This document shows, in pieces, positions 9,380-19,076 of a stretch of 64,000 nucleotides of DNA (its first letter is position 1; every line of letters starts with the position of its first letter). The DNA comes from an uncultured Chitinophagales bacterium. Its GTDB lineage: Bacteria; Bacteroidota; Bacteroidia; Chitinophagales; BACL12. The notes under the pieces were generated by a model. It saw nothing but the letters and a program-made list of their open reading frames with translations. It searched no databases and was not told where the DNA came from. A program made the position numbers and the translations under genes. The stretch covers positions 80,819 through 144,818 of the forward strand of contig CAZBHH010000001.1 in NCBI GenBank assembly GCA_964492065.1, in the 5' to 3' direction.

Positions 9380-11830
9380 TTATTGCGGGTCAACATCCGT
9401 AATGATCTCCACTTTTTTAAAAGTGTGATGATTATAGATTGTTGCGTAAGCCGATCTCACCAGTTGTTTGGTTACGGCTAAGACTTTAGGGGTGTTTTCG
9501 ACCTTAATGAGTAATTCTGTCAGATGCTTATTCCGCACCCTTCCAATCGGAGGCACTGCCGGGCCAATAATGCACTTTCCCAGTTTTTGACGCAGCAAAT
9601 CCGCCAGAAAATGCATTGCCGCATACGTGAGCTCCTTTTCCTTATGGCGCAAGGTGATGCGAATCAATCGGGTAAAAGGCGGGTATTTGAACCGTAAGCG
9701 CTCCTCCAGTTCTGTTTTGTAAAACCCGGCCTCATCATGTTGTAACACACGTATAAGTACAGGATGATTGGTGGCAATGGCCTGAACAATTACCCTGCCC
9801 TTTTTATTTTTTCTGCCTGCCCTGCCGCTCACCTGCATCAACATCTGAAAGCCACGTTCTGCAGATCGAAAGTGCGTGAAATTAAACAGTTGATCCGCAC
9901 TCAAAATACCCACGAGATTGACGTTGTCGAAATCCAATCCCTTTGTCACCATCTGCGTGCCTACAAGGATATCGATTCTTCCGTCTTCGAAATTGCGGAT
10001 AATGCGCTCGTGGTTATGCTTTCCTTTCGCCGTATCCAGGTCGAGGCGTGCGACTGTATAAGCGCTGAAAATATCCCGCAATTCATCTTCAATTTTCTCG
10101 GTGCCAAAGCCCTGGATTAACAACCTCGAACTGCCGCACGCAGGGCAGGTGGCATAGGTGTGTTCCCGGTGCCCGCAGTAATGGCAGCGCATTTCGTCGT
10201 CGTATTTGTGATACACCAGGTGCACATCGCAATTGATACACGCCGGCGACCATCCGCATTGCTGGCAGATGATAAATGGCGAATATCCCCTGCGGTTGCG
10301 GAACAGTATCACCTGTTCTTTCTTTTGCAGCGCCTGGTGTATTGCATCCAGCAACACCCGGGAAAAATGCGATTGCATTTTTCCCAGTTTCACCTGCTCT
10401 TTTAAATCCACAATCTCAATTTCCGGCAATTGCATACCGGCATACCGCTCTTTCAGTTCTACCAAACCGTACTTTTTCGACTGCGCATTATATATACTCT
10501 CGACAGCCGGTGTAGCTGTGCCCAGCAGCGTTTTTGCTCCGTAAAGCGAGGCGAGATAAATAGCGCTGTCCCTCCCGTGATACCGGGGTGCGGGTTCGTT
10601 CTGCTTAAAACTCGGGTCGTGTTCTTCATCTACGATTACCAACCCGATTTTTCTAAAGGGTAAAAACAGCGCCGAACGTGCGCCGACAATTATTTTGAAT
10701 TCGCCTGTCAGCACACGCTGCCAGACTTCAATGCGCTCGTTTTGATTAAACCTGGAATGATATACGGCCACCTCCTTGCCGAAGAATTTTTTCAGGCGGT
10801 TAATTATCTGTGCCGTCAGTGCAATTTCGGGAAGCAAATACAACACCTGGCCGCCGCCTGCAATATACTTCCTGATCAGTTCTATATAAATTTCCGTTTT
10901 GCCGCTACCCGTAACCCCGTGAAGCAATACGACCTGCTTTGTCTCAAAATTTAATTGTATTTCCTCCAATGCCCTTTGTTGAACTGCAGTCAACTCAAAG
11001 GAGCCCGTAGCACTTTCGGTTTGATCCAGGCGGCTGACGGTCACTTCCGACTCAATGAAAATGTTTTTATTGATCATTGTCTTTAACACCGATGCGGAAG
11101 TTTCCGACCTCTTGAGCAGTTTTGACTTTGCAACGCTCTCATCGCCGTGAACCAATTGAAAATAGGTCATCAGCAAGGTGAGCTGGGCAGGCGCTTTTTC
11201 GAGTTGCGTAAACAATGTCTTCATCGCTTCCTCATCGTCCGTATAGCGTTTGTTCAGCCGGATAATACTGCGTGTTTTTTCCTTATACGTTTCTTTCAAA
11301 TCTTCCCGTATAAAAGCAATGCCCTTTTCAATCATTCCCTTTATTACCGGCTGAACGCTTTTCTGTTGCAAAATCTGCTGAATGTCTTTCAACGACAATT
11401 CATTTTTAATGGTGAGCGCCTCCGCAACCAGGTATTCTTTATCGCTCAATTGTACAGAATCTATCAGCCCGGCATTTTCCAAAACCAGGATGGTTTCACT
11501 GCTCAACTTGTAAGGAGCGGGCAATGCGGCATTCATCACATCGCCCATAGTGCACATGTAATACGCAGCCATCCACTCCCAAAAGTCCAATTGCGACTTA
11601 TGGAGTATCTGTAAATGGTCGGGCAGTGATAATATTTCCCTCGCTTCAAATCCCAGGGGCTTCCGGTCGTGCACTTTTGCGACCACGCCGGTATATAATT
11701 TATTGCGGAATTGCACTTCCACACGTATCCCGGGCTTTACGGCATTGAACATCGTTTCGGGGATGGAATACGTGTAATTTTTTTCCAGTGCAAAGGGCAG
11801 GATAATATCGGCAAATAATTGACCGGCCAT
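9380..11830 (-). CDS. priA: primosomal replication-restart helicase PriA
   Basis: 816 aa with Walker A GVTGSGKTEIY, DEEHD, and a Cys-rich Zn-binding insertion (CQQCGW..CINCD..CHYCG..CPACGS). Confidence 0.9.
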   Translation of the reverse strand: MAGQLFADIILPFALEKNYTYSIPETMFNAVKPGIRVEVQFRNKLYTGVVAKVHDRKPLGFEAREILSLPDHLQILHKSQLDFWEWMAAYYMCTMGDVMNAALPAPYKLSSETILVLENAGLIDSVQLSDKEYLVAEALTIKNELSLKDIQQILQQKSVQPVIKGMIEKGIAFIREDLKETYKEKTRSIIRLNKRYTDDEEAMKTLFTQLEKAPAQLTLLMTYFQLVHGDESVAKSKLLKRSETSASVLKTMINKNIFIESEVTVSRLDQTESATGSFELTAVQQRALEEIQLNFETKQVVLLHGVTGSGKTEIYIELIRKYIAGGGQVLYLLPEIALTAQIINRLKKFFGKEVAVYHSRFNQNERIEVWQRVLTGEFKIIVGARSALFLPFRKIGLVIVDEEHDPSFKQNEPAPRYHGRDSAIYLASLYGAKTLLGTATPAVESIYNAQSKKYGLVELKERYAGMQLPEIEIVDLKEQVKLGKMQSHFSRVLLDAIHQALQKKEQVILFRNRRGYSPFIICQQCGWSPACINCDVHLVYHKYDDEMRCHYCGHREHTYATCPACGSSRLLIQGFGTEKIEDELRDIFSAYTVARLDLDTAKGKHNHERIIRNFEDGRIDILVGTQMVTKGLDFDNVNLVGILSADQLFNFTHFRSAERGFQMLMQVSGRAGRKNKKGRVIVQAIATNHPVLIRVLQHDEAGFYKTELEERLRFKYPPFTRLIRITLRHKEKELTYAAMHFLADLLRQKLGKCIIGPAVPPIGRVRNKHLTELLIKVENTPKVLAVTKQLVRSAYATIYNHHTFKKVEIITDVDPQ

Positions 11831-11845
11831 TAGGATTCAAAATAA

Positions 11846-12583
11846 ATGTATTTAATTTACCCGATGAAAAACGAGTTTCCAACGATTGTTATTACCGGGG
11901 GCACCAAAGGTATAGGAAAAGCGGTTGCCGAGCTGTTTGCCGGCAAAGGGTTTAACATTGCCCTCTGTGCCCGCCATCCGGGTGACATTGCAGCCGTAAC
12001 CTCACATTTACAGAAATTACACCCCGATATTTCGGTATTTGCCACGCCGTGTGATGTGGCTGATAAAGAACAGGTTGTACAATTTTGCAATGCGGTACGG
12101 AAACATGTTGATCGCATTGATATTTTGGTGAATAATGCGGGTATTTTTATTCCGGGAAATATTTCGGACGAACCTGAAGGCACTCTCGAGAGCACTTTAG
12201 ACACAAACCTGATGAGTGCCTATCACATCAGCAGGCAACTTTTGCCGCTGATGATTGCACGGGGTGCGGGGCATATTGTTAATCTCTGTTCGGTGGCGAG
12301 CCTGGGCGCTTACGATGGCGGCGGATCGTATGCCATTTCCAAAGCAGCCCTGTTGGGGTTTTCGAGGAATCTGCGCCATGAATTAAAAGAAAAACAAATT
12401 AAGGTTACAGCAATTCTTGCAGGGGCCACCTATACGGCTTCATGGGAAGGCGTTACTACGCTCCCTGTTGAGCGATTTATCCCGGCAGAAGACATTGCAA
12501 AAGCAATTTTCAATGCATACGACACGAGCCCGGGAACCGTAGTTGAGGAGATTTTAATCCGACCGCAATTGGGAGATATTTAA
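11846..12583 (+). CDS. short-chain dehydrogenase/reductase (SDR)
   Basis: TGGTKGIGKA cofactor motif, NNAG, and catalytic YAISKAA. The true start may be the ATG at 11864. Confidence 0.8.
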   Translation: MYLIYPMKNEFPTIVITGGTKGIGKAVAELFAGKGFNIALCARHPGDIAAVTSHLQKLHPDISVFATPCDVADKEQVVQFCNAVRKHVDRIDILVNNAGIFIPGNISDEPEGTLESTLDTNLMSAYHISRQLLPLMIARGAGHIVNLCSVASLGAYDGGGSYAISKAALLGFSRNLRHELKEKQIKVTAILAGATYTASWEGVTTLPVERFIPAEDIAKAIFNAYDTSPGTVVEEILIRPQLGDI

Positions 12584-12846
12584 TAATCCTGGATGCCAAA
12601 TTCACTTGCTTCGGCTTTCCGCTTTTTATAACCCCGCCAAAACAGAATGGCTATAACCGCAAAAGCGAGATAGGGTATGGATGCAAGATACAGGATGCCC
12701 TTGTTCAATCCGGGTGCCGGCGGAGCGGCTGCCTGGCTTCCGCTCTCGGCGGTTATCTTACACATTGCACATTGGGCTTCCGCCGATTGAGTAATGCAAA
12801 CCATTGCTGATATAATCAAAACGATGGCAATGTATTTCAGTTTCAT
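12580..12846 (-). CDS. small exported single-pass membrane protein with a CxxC motif (hypothetical)
   Basis: 88 aa from the internal ATG. Signal peptide MKLKYIAIVLIISAMVCITQSAEA, then QCAMC, a Pro/Ala linker, one TM helix and a basic tail. It is the last gene of the cox-assembly run. Confidence 0.5.
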   Translation of the reverse strand: MKLKYIAIVLIISAMVCITQSAEAQCAMCKITAESGSQAAAPPAPGLNKGILYLASIPYLAFAVIAILFWRGYKKRKAEASEFGIQDY

Positions 12847-12857
12847 ATTACACAAAT

Positions 12858-13376
12858 TTAAACATAGTAAGGTGAAATCATAAAATAAACTATCACTCCG
12901 GTCAGAGAAACATATAACCAAATTGGCAAGGTGATGCGTGCGATGCGTTTGTGTTTGTCAAATTTTTGCGTCAATGCACGGGACAATGTAATCAAAATCA
13001 GGGGCAATACAAGAGCGGCAAGCACGATATGCGTGAGCAGAATGAAATAATATATGTACCTGATAAAACCTTCACCGCCGAATTTAGTCGATTCTGTGGC
13101 TGCATGGTATAAAACGTAGCTGATAAAAAACAAAACCGAGAGTGAAAAAGCGGCAATCATGCAATATTTATGGCGGCGGATATTTCTGTGCCTGATGTTG
13201 TAATATCCCGCTAACAGCAACAGGAAGACACAAGAGTTGAGCGTAGCATGCAATTTCGGCAGGAAGGAAACATCTATCTTCAGGTGAACTACCGGGCTGT
13301 AAAACAAAAAGACAATGAGTGCCGGCACTGCGACACTGATTATGATAATCCATTTATTTAAAGCGGCTTCTTTCAT
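12858..13376 (-). CDS. DUF420 (CtaM-like) membrane protein
   Basis: 172 aa, about 5 TM helices, positioned after the SCO genes in a cytochrome oxidase cluster. The call rests on architecture and context. Confidence 0.6.
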   Translation of the reverse strand: MKEAALNKWIIIISVAVPALIVFLFYSPVVHLKIDVSFLPKLHATLNSCVFLLLLAGYYNIRHRNIRRHKYCMIAAFSLSVLFFISYVLYHAATESTKFGGEGFIRYIYYFILLTHIVLAALVLPLILITLSRALTQKFDKHKRIARITLPIWLYVSLTGVIVYFMISPYYV

Positions 13377-14026
13377 AATTTCACACTGCTTTTGTAGAGT
13401 AAAAACCGGATATCCTGGATCAACAGGTCCACTTCTGCGCTATCGAGTCCGTTATAAAAACCGCGGATCATTCTGTCCTTGTCCACAAGGATAAATTTTT
13501 GGGTGTGATTGACAATAGATTGCGTATTATTTAACACCGTTTGCATATAACCGTGTTCACCCAGATCATAGATTTCTTTTTTATTACCCGTAAGTAAATA
13601 CCAGGTATTTTTATCGGCTTTAAATTTTAATGCAAAGTCCTGCAACACGGGAATTGAATCGTTTTCGGGATCCAGAGAATAAGAGAGTATTTTAAAGGAA
13701 GTATCGTTCCCGATGGCTGCCTGTACTCTCGTCAGTTGGCTGCTCATCATCGGGCAGGCCGCTTCACAGGATGTATAAAAGAAGTCGGCTACAAATACTT
13801 TTCCATCAACGTCTTGCTCGGTAATTGTCCGGCCGGCCTGGTTAATAAAACTAAACGCCGGCACTTGTTTGATTGGGTCGTGTAATAATTCAGAAGCCGT
13901 TAATCCATCCGTAAACTTTGTGCTGGTATCCCTCCTGTCCGCATAGGGTAAATACACGTAAATGAAGAATAATGTAAAGGCCACCCCGATTATTCCCCAG
14001 GTAAGGATAATTTTATTGCGACTCAT
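13373..14026 (-). CDS. SCO1/SenC family copper chaperone (thioredoxin fold)
   Basis: 217 aa with an N-terminal TM anchor, the CxxxC motif (FYTSCEAACPMM) and a downstream His (VNHTQKF). Confidence 0.75.
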   Translation of the reverse strand: MSRNKIILTWGIIGVAFTLFFIYVYLPYADRRDTSTKFTDGLTASELLHDPIKQVPAFSFINQAGRTITEQDVDGKVFVADFFYTSCEAACPMMSSQLTRVQAAIGNDTSFKILSYSLDPENDSIPVLQDFALKFKADKNTWYLLTGNKKEIYDLGEHGYMQTVLNNTQSIVNHTQKFILVDKDRMIRGFYNGLDSAEVDLLIQDIRFLLYKSSVKL

Positions 14027-14648
14027 AATTTACATCTATCAGGTAGAGTATATCGTTGTACAAATCCGAAAATTCCCGTTTATCAAAAATATCATAACAA
14101 CCCCTGATTATCCCCCGCTTGTCAATAAGCAATACATTTTCGGGGCAGGAATGGTTTAAATTTTTCACATCTTTTTTTTCGAGGTAGCGGTTAAAGGCTT
14201 GTACCAGGGCATTGTGGGCTTCGGGTGTTTCATAAACCACATGCCACTGATCGCGGGCGGCATAGCGGTTTGCGTATTTTTCGAGATCGCCCTGTCCATA
14301 CACGGAATCTGTAATTACCGATACGAATCGCAATTTCAGCGTCTTATTATTGTAATCCTCCTGTAATTCAAACAGGGGGTGTTTGAGTATTCCGGAATGA
14401 CTGCAGCTTGCGGAAAACAACTCGAGGACAATCACTTTTCCCTGCATGCGCTCCGAGTCGATGGTATCGCCCCGTTGCGATATGCAATAGTAAGCGGGCA
14501 GGGCAATTCCTGCGGTATCGTAAATGTTGCTGGGCCGGATGTTCTTCCGGATTTCTGCCCCGGATTTAACTACTAAATAACTGATGAGCGGTAATACAAT
14601 TAAAACTGCAAGAATACCTGCAAAAATGAAATGCCGTTTCCTGAACAT
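14013..14648 (-). CDS. SCO/thioredoxin-like paralog with a degenerate metal motif
   Basis: 211 aa with an N-terminal TM anchor and the same fold pattern (VIVLELFSASCSHSG). The second Cys of CxxxC is missing. Confidence 0.55.
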   Translation of the reverse strand: MFRKRHFIFAGILAVLIVLPLISYLVVKSGAEIRKNIRPSNIYDTAGIALPAYYCISQRGDTIDSERMQGKVIVLELFSASCSHSGILKHPLFELQEDYNNKTLKLRFVSVITDSVYGQGDLEKYANRYAARDQWHVVYETPEAHNALVQAFNRYLEKKDVKNLNHSCPENVLLIDKRGIIRGCYDIFDKREFSDLYNDILYLIDVNYESQ

Positions 14649-14654
14649 GGGTGT

Positions 14655-14981
14655 TTATTTCCAAAACTCCCTCGCACTCAGCCAATAGTTTCCTTCCCAA
14701 AGAAATGCGATTATTCCCCAAAGCATAAACATAAATGGCGCCATGATACTAATGGTCATCGGCTTCAACTCATATTTTAAGTGCATAAATTCACTCATAA
14801 TATAGTATGCCTTTGCGGCACTGAGAACAACGAATAAAATATCGAGCCACCACCGCGGGCTTTCTGGCATATAAAAATAATGGATGAGCGCTGCCGCAAT
14901 TTCGAAAGCGGTTACGAAAGCGAGAATATAACATACCCGCCAAACTCTTTTCTTTGATTCTTCATGTGTCAGTGAACTCAT
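14655..14981 (-). CDS. cytochrome c oxidase subunit IV (bacterial small subunit)
   Basis: 108 aa from the internal ATG (MSSLTHEESKK...), 3 TM helices, immediately after the subunit III genes. Confidence 0.65.
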   Translation of the reverse strand: MSSLTHEESKKRVWRVCYILAFVTAFEIAAALIHYFYMPESPRWWLDILFVVLSAAKAYYIMSEFMHLKYELKPMTISIMAPFMFMLWGIIAFLWEGNYWLSAREFWK

Positions 14982-14995
14982 GTATGCTGTTGTTT

Positions 14996-15676
14996 TTATA
15001 GTAAGTAAAATGCCAGGAATACGAACACCCAAACCAAATCTACGAAGTGCCAGTACAATCCCAACTTTTCAATCATTTCATAATGCCCGCGGCGCTGAAA
15101 TACGCCCAGGAATGTCATGGATAGCGCCCATGAGTTGAGCAGTACCCCGACGCTCACGTGCAATCCGTGGAATCCGGTAATCAGGAAAAACAACTGGCCG
15201 AAACTCTGGGCGCCAAAGGGATTGCCCTTTAGGTTCATGCCTTCGTGAATCAGGTGCGTCCATTCGAATGCCTGGCTGCCGACAAACACCAATCCGCCCA
15301 GGATGGTGAGCCCCAGCCAAAACATCACGCCTTTGCGGTTCATGGCATGGCCTTCCTGAACGGCACGCACCATAGTGACACTCGAAAGAATCAAGGTGAA
15401 TGTCATAAAGGTAACGAACACCAGCGGGGCATGTGCCTCCAGAAATGGCACGCCGTCAAACACCGCATTAGGATCGGGCCAACTATGCGGATTAGCCGGG
15501 TCATGTGCCGGATGGCTCGCACGTATGGCGCCATAAGAAATCAGCAAACCGCCAAATGTGAATGTATCTGAAATCAGAAAATACCACATCATTATTTTTC
15601 CATAACTGGAACCAAATGGTGATTCGCCCCCGCTCCAGAGGTCACTCGCTTTTGATTGTATGGTCGTTGTTTCCAA
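14996..15676 (-). CDS. cytochrome c oxidase subunit III
   Basis: 226 aa with the conserved C-terminal YWHFVDLVWVFVF motif and a GFHGLHV motif. Confidence 0.85.
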   Translation of the reverse strand: METTTIQSKASDLWSGGESPFGSSYGKIMMWYFLISDTFTFGGLLISYGAIRASHPAHDPANPHSWPDPNAVFDGVPFLEAHAPLVFVTFMTFTLILSSVTMVRAVQEGHAMNRKGVMFWLGLTILGGLVFVGSQAFEWTHLIHEGMNLKGNPFGAQSFGQLFFLITGFHGLHVSVGVLLNSWALSMTFLGVFQRRGHYEMIEKLGLYWHFVDLVWVFVFLAFYLL

Positions 15677-15691
15677 AGTATTGTCTTTTTA

Positions 15692-16288
15692 TTATGCGTA
15701 TTGAAAAAAGAAAAATAAATACAGCCACAAGATATCTACAAAATGCCAATAAGTCGCCATCAATTCTACGCCGACTTTCTTATCGGGATCCAGATTTTGC
15801 ATCACGCTGTCAACCGGTGATTTAATCCGGGTAAAGGCGTGAGCGCTAAATATGAGCAATGCAATTACCCCACCTGCAACGTGAAGAAAATGCGCTCCCG
15901 TTATGACGTAAACAAAAGAGCCCGCAATATTGGATGTCAATGTTATTCCACTATGCACCCACTGCTTCCAGGCAAAAATTTGCATAATCAAAAACAAACT
16001 GCCGAGCAAGGTGGTGACGAGTATAAATCCGCGGTATTTGTAGATATTATTTTTTCTGAAACTGGTATAAGCCATGTGCATCATCACACTGCTTGCGACA
16101 ATAATGATGGTGCTGTATGTAAACAACTGCGGAAGTGCCGTCAGCGACCAGTTATTGATACTCCCCTTCTTTACGATATAGGCGCTGGTGAATGCGGCAA
16201 ACATCATCACAATCGTAACTATTGCAATCCACAGGTAAAACCTGTTTGGATGAATAATATAACGGCTATGTGAAATTGCTTTGGGCAT
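15692..16288 (-). CDS. cytochrome c oxidase subunit III-like protein (second copy)
   Basis: 198 aa with GAHFLHVAGG and YWHFVDILWLYLF motifs. Confidence 0.8.
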   Translation of the reverse strand: MPKAISHSRYIIHPNRFYLWIAIVTIVMMFAAFTSAYIVKKGSINNWSLTALPQLFTYSTIIIVASSVMMHMAYTSFRKNNIYKYRGFILVTTLLGSLFLIMQIFAWKQWVHSGITLTSNIAGSFVYVITGAHFLHVAGGVIALLIFSAHAFTRIKSPVDSVMQNLDPDKKVGVELMATYWHFVDILWLYLFFFFQYA

Positions 16289-16290
16289 AA

Positions 16291-17181
16291 TTACAATCGG
16301 TCAAAAATTAAGGCAATTAAAACGATAGGCAAATACAAGAACGAACCAAACATGAGATTCCTGGCAGACTTCATATCGCACAACTGATACAGCCGTACTG
16401 CCTGATATAAAAATCCCAACCCGGTTATTGCGATAATAACTGCAGAGATAATACCCGTAAACCCGGCTAAGAGCGGCATTAAACTAATGGGTACCAGTAT
16501 CATCGTGTACATCAATACGTGGAATGCGGATGATCTGCTCTGTCCGGATGCAGAAGGCAGCAAATGGAATCCCGCCCGCTTATAATCGTCGAAAGCCACC
16601 CAGGCAATAGCCCAGAAATGCGGAAATTGCCACATGAACTGGATGACGAATAATATAATGGCCATTTCGGTAATTGCACCGCTTGCGGCGGCCCATCCGA
16701 TTACGGGCGGTATTGCACCCGGGAATGCGCCTACAAATACGGCTATCGGTGAAATTCGCTTTACGGGCGTATAAATAAATGCGTAGCTGAACAGCGAAAG
16801 CGCTCCAAGCAGGGCGCTGAGCGGATTAAACAAAATCCACATGAGAAGGATACCGGAAATGGCCATCACGCCGGCGGCAATAACGGCTTCCGTAGTTTGC
16901 ATTCTGCCTGCGGGCAACGGGCGGTTGGCAGTACGCCCCATCAGCCTGTCGGTTTCTACTTCGATAATCTGGTTCAACGCATTCGATGCGGCGGTAATGA
17001 GAAAACCCGCCAGCAGGAATAATCCGAAATAGTGCATATTGCCATTTGCAAAAACATAACCCATCCCCGCACTGAAAACGACGAGGAAGCTCAGGCGGAA
17101 TTTGACAAACAGCAGGTAGTCGGTCAGCTTAGACCTGATCCGTGCGGTGAAATCCGATAATATGGCTACTGTGCGTGGCAA
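16291..17181 (-). CDS. cyoE: protoheme IX farnesyltransferase (heme O synthase)
   Basis: 296 aa UbiA-fold protein with NQIIEVETDRLMGRTANRPLP. Confidence 0.9.
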   Translation of the reverse strand: MPRTVAILSDFTARIRSKLTDYLLFVKFRLSFLVVFSAGMGYVFANGNMHYFGLFLLAGFLITAASNALNQIIEVETDRLMGRTANRPLPAGRMQTTEAVIAAGVMAISGILLMWILFNPLSALLGALSLFSYAFIYTPVKRISPIAVFVGAFPGAIPPVIGWAAASGAITEMAIILFVIQFMWQFPHFWAIAWVAFDDYKRAGFHLLPSASGQSRSSAFHVLMYTMILVPISLMPLLAGFTGIISAVIIAITGLGFLYQAVRLYQLCDMKSARNLMFGSFLYLPIVLIALIFDRL

Positions 17182-17183
17182 AA

Positions 17184-19052
17184 TCAGCTGAGATATGTTT
17201 CTTCTTCCCTAACTCTGTCCGAATCCGACTCATCGCCGTGTTCTCCCCTGGCAATTTCCGATTTCGACAAGGGTTCGGTTTGCGGAATAAAATCCCTTCC
17301 CCGCTTGCTGTAATCATAGGCCCAGCGATGTACTTCGGGAATTTCTCCCGGCCAGTTGCCATGCCCCGGGCGCAATGGCGTAGTCCATTCCAATGTATTG
17401 GCTTTGTACGGGTTGGATTCCTTCAATTTTCTTCCATACCAAATGCTGTAGAAAAAGTTATAGACAAACAGCAACTGGAATGCAAATGAAAAGAATGCGG
17501 CAATAGAAATAAGTTGATTCAGTTTTGCAAACATGCCGAAGGTATCGAATCCCGCATGGGTGGGATAACGGCGTGGCAACATATACTCGAAGTGCATCGG
17601 GTAAAATATCAGGTAGGCACAAATAAGTGTACCCCAGAAATGCACATAACCAAGCGTTTGATTCATATGTCTTCCAAACATTTTAGGGAACCAGTGATAA
17701 ATACCGGCAAACATCCCGAAAAATGCGGCGACACCCATCACCAGGTGGAAGTGCGCCACTACAAAATACGTGTCGTGTAATTCGATGTCAAGCGTTGAGT
17801 TGCCGAGAAAAATACCGGTAACGCCTCCCGAAATAAACACCGAGACAAAACCGATAGCAAACAGCATTTGGGGGTTCAGCCGGATATTCCCTCGCCACAG
17901 CGTTGTCAGCCAGTTGAAGACTTTTACCGACGACGGCACTGCAATTATCAGCGTAAATATCATAAATACCGACCCGATAAATGGATTCATCCCGGTAACA
18001 AACATATGGTGAGCCCAAACGATAAATGATAAGATGGTTATGGCAAACAGCGAGTACACCATTGCCGTATAGCCGAAAATCGGTTTCCGCGAGTGTACGG
18101 ATAGTATTTCGGAAACGATACCCATTGCAGGCAAAATAATGATATACACTTCGGGGTGGCCGAGGAACCAGAACAAGTGCTGATATAAAATCGGGCTGCC
18201 GCCGGCATTCGCCAGCGCTTCACCGCTGATGTAAATCTGGTCGAGGTAAAAACTGGTGCCCAGGTTCCGGTCGAACAACAACAGCACCGCTGCGGACAAT
18301 AATACGGGAAACGAAAGTACACCGATAACCGCAGTTAGCAGAAATGCCCAGATAGGCAGCGGCAGTCGAAACATTTTCATTCCACGTGTCCGCAAATTAA
18401 TTACGGTAGTTATATAATTTAATCCGCCGAGTAAAACCGAGATAATAAACAATGCAATACTTATCAGCCAATAATCCATACCGGCAATACTTCCGCTGGT
18501 GGCCTGGGGCAATGCGTTCAATGGCGGGTATGCAGTCCAGCCGCCGGAAGCGGGTCCCGTAGCGAGGAAGAAAGAATAGGCCATGATTAACCCGGAGATA
18601 AAGAAAAACCAATACGAGAGCATATTTATAAAACCCGAAGCCATATCCCTGGCTCCAATCATCAATGGAATCAGGTAATTGGAAAACGTACCGCTCAATC
18701 CCGCCGTCAATACGAAGAAAATCAGGATGGTGCCGTGCATTGTAATTAACGCATTATAAAACTCGGGCGCTATATGTCCGTCTTCGGTAATCCATTTTCC
18801 CAGGAATGGTTTTAACCAGGTGAGGTCGGCATCCGGGTAACCGAGTTGAATTCGGAATAAAACGGATAAACCACCGCCTACCAACGCCCAGATAATTCCG
18901 GTAATAAGAAATTGTTTAGCTATGACCTTGTGGTCGGTAGAGAAAATATATTTGGTAATGAAACTCTGATGGTGTGCGTGATGGCTCTGATCGTGCTCGT
19001 GCGCATGTACATCTGTATGCTGCTGTTCCTGAATGGATGTTTCAACTGACAT
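17184..19052 (-). CDS. ctaD: cytochrome c oxidase subunit I (heme-copper oxidase)
   Basis: 622 aa, 12+ TM helices, with WFLGHPEVY, WAHHMF and HDTYFVVAHFH motifs. Confidence 0.95.
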   Translation of the reverse strand: MSVETSIQEQQHTDVHAHEHDQSHHAHHQSFITKYIFSTDHKVIAKQFLITGIIWALVGGGLSVLFRIQLGYPDADLTWLKPFLGKWITEDGHIAPEFYNALITMHGTILIFFVLTAGLSGTFSNYLIPLMIGARDMASGFINMLSYWFFFISGLIMAYSFFLATGPASGGWTAYPPLNALPQATSGSIAGMDYWLISIALFIISVLLGGLNYITTVINLRTRGMKMFRLPLPIWAFLLTAVIGVLSFPVLLSAAVLLLFDRNLGTSFYLDQIYISGEALANAGGSPILYQHLFWFLGHPEVYIIILPAMGIVSEILSVHSRKPIFGYTAMVYSLFAITILSFIVWAHHMFVTGMNPFIGSVFMIFTLIIAVPSSVKVFNWLTTLWRGNIRLNPQMLFAIGFVSVFISGGVTGIFLGNSTLDIELHDTYFVVAHFHLVMGVAAFFGMFAGIYHWFPKMFGRHMNQTLGYVHFWGTLICAYLIFYPMHFEYMLPRRYPTHAGFDTFGMFAKLNQLISIAAFFSFAFQLLFVYNFFYSIWYGRKLKESNPYKANTLEWTTPLRPGHGNWPGEIPEVHRWAYDYSKRGRDFIPQTEPLSKSEIARGEHGDESDSDRVREEETYLS

Positions 19053-19076
19053 TATACATAGAATTTTTAAAATGAA

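Noticed and set aside
9356-9384. AGATTAT(T) half-site of the 8870-8902 palindrome, repeated twice 21 nt apart upstream of the Rrf2 gene. I considered it as evidence for autoregulation.
   Set aside because: The same AT-rich word also occurs in unrelated places (for example within eno near 61000 and in the 46.5 kb spacer). The match is not statistically convincing without a genome-wide count. It is mentioned in the finding but not annotated as a site.
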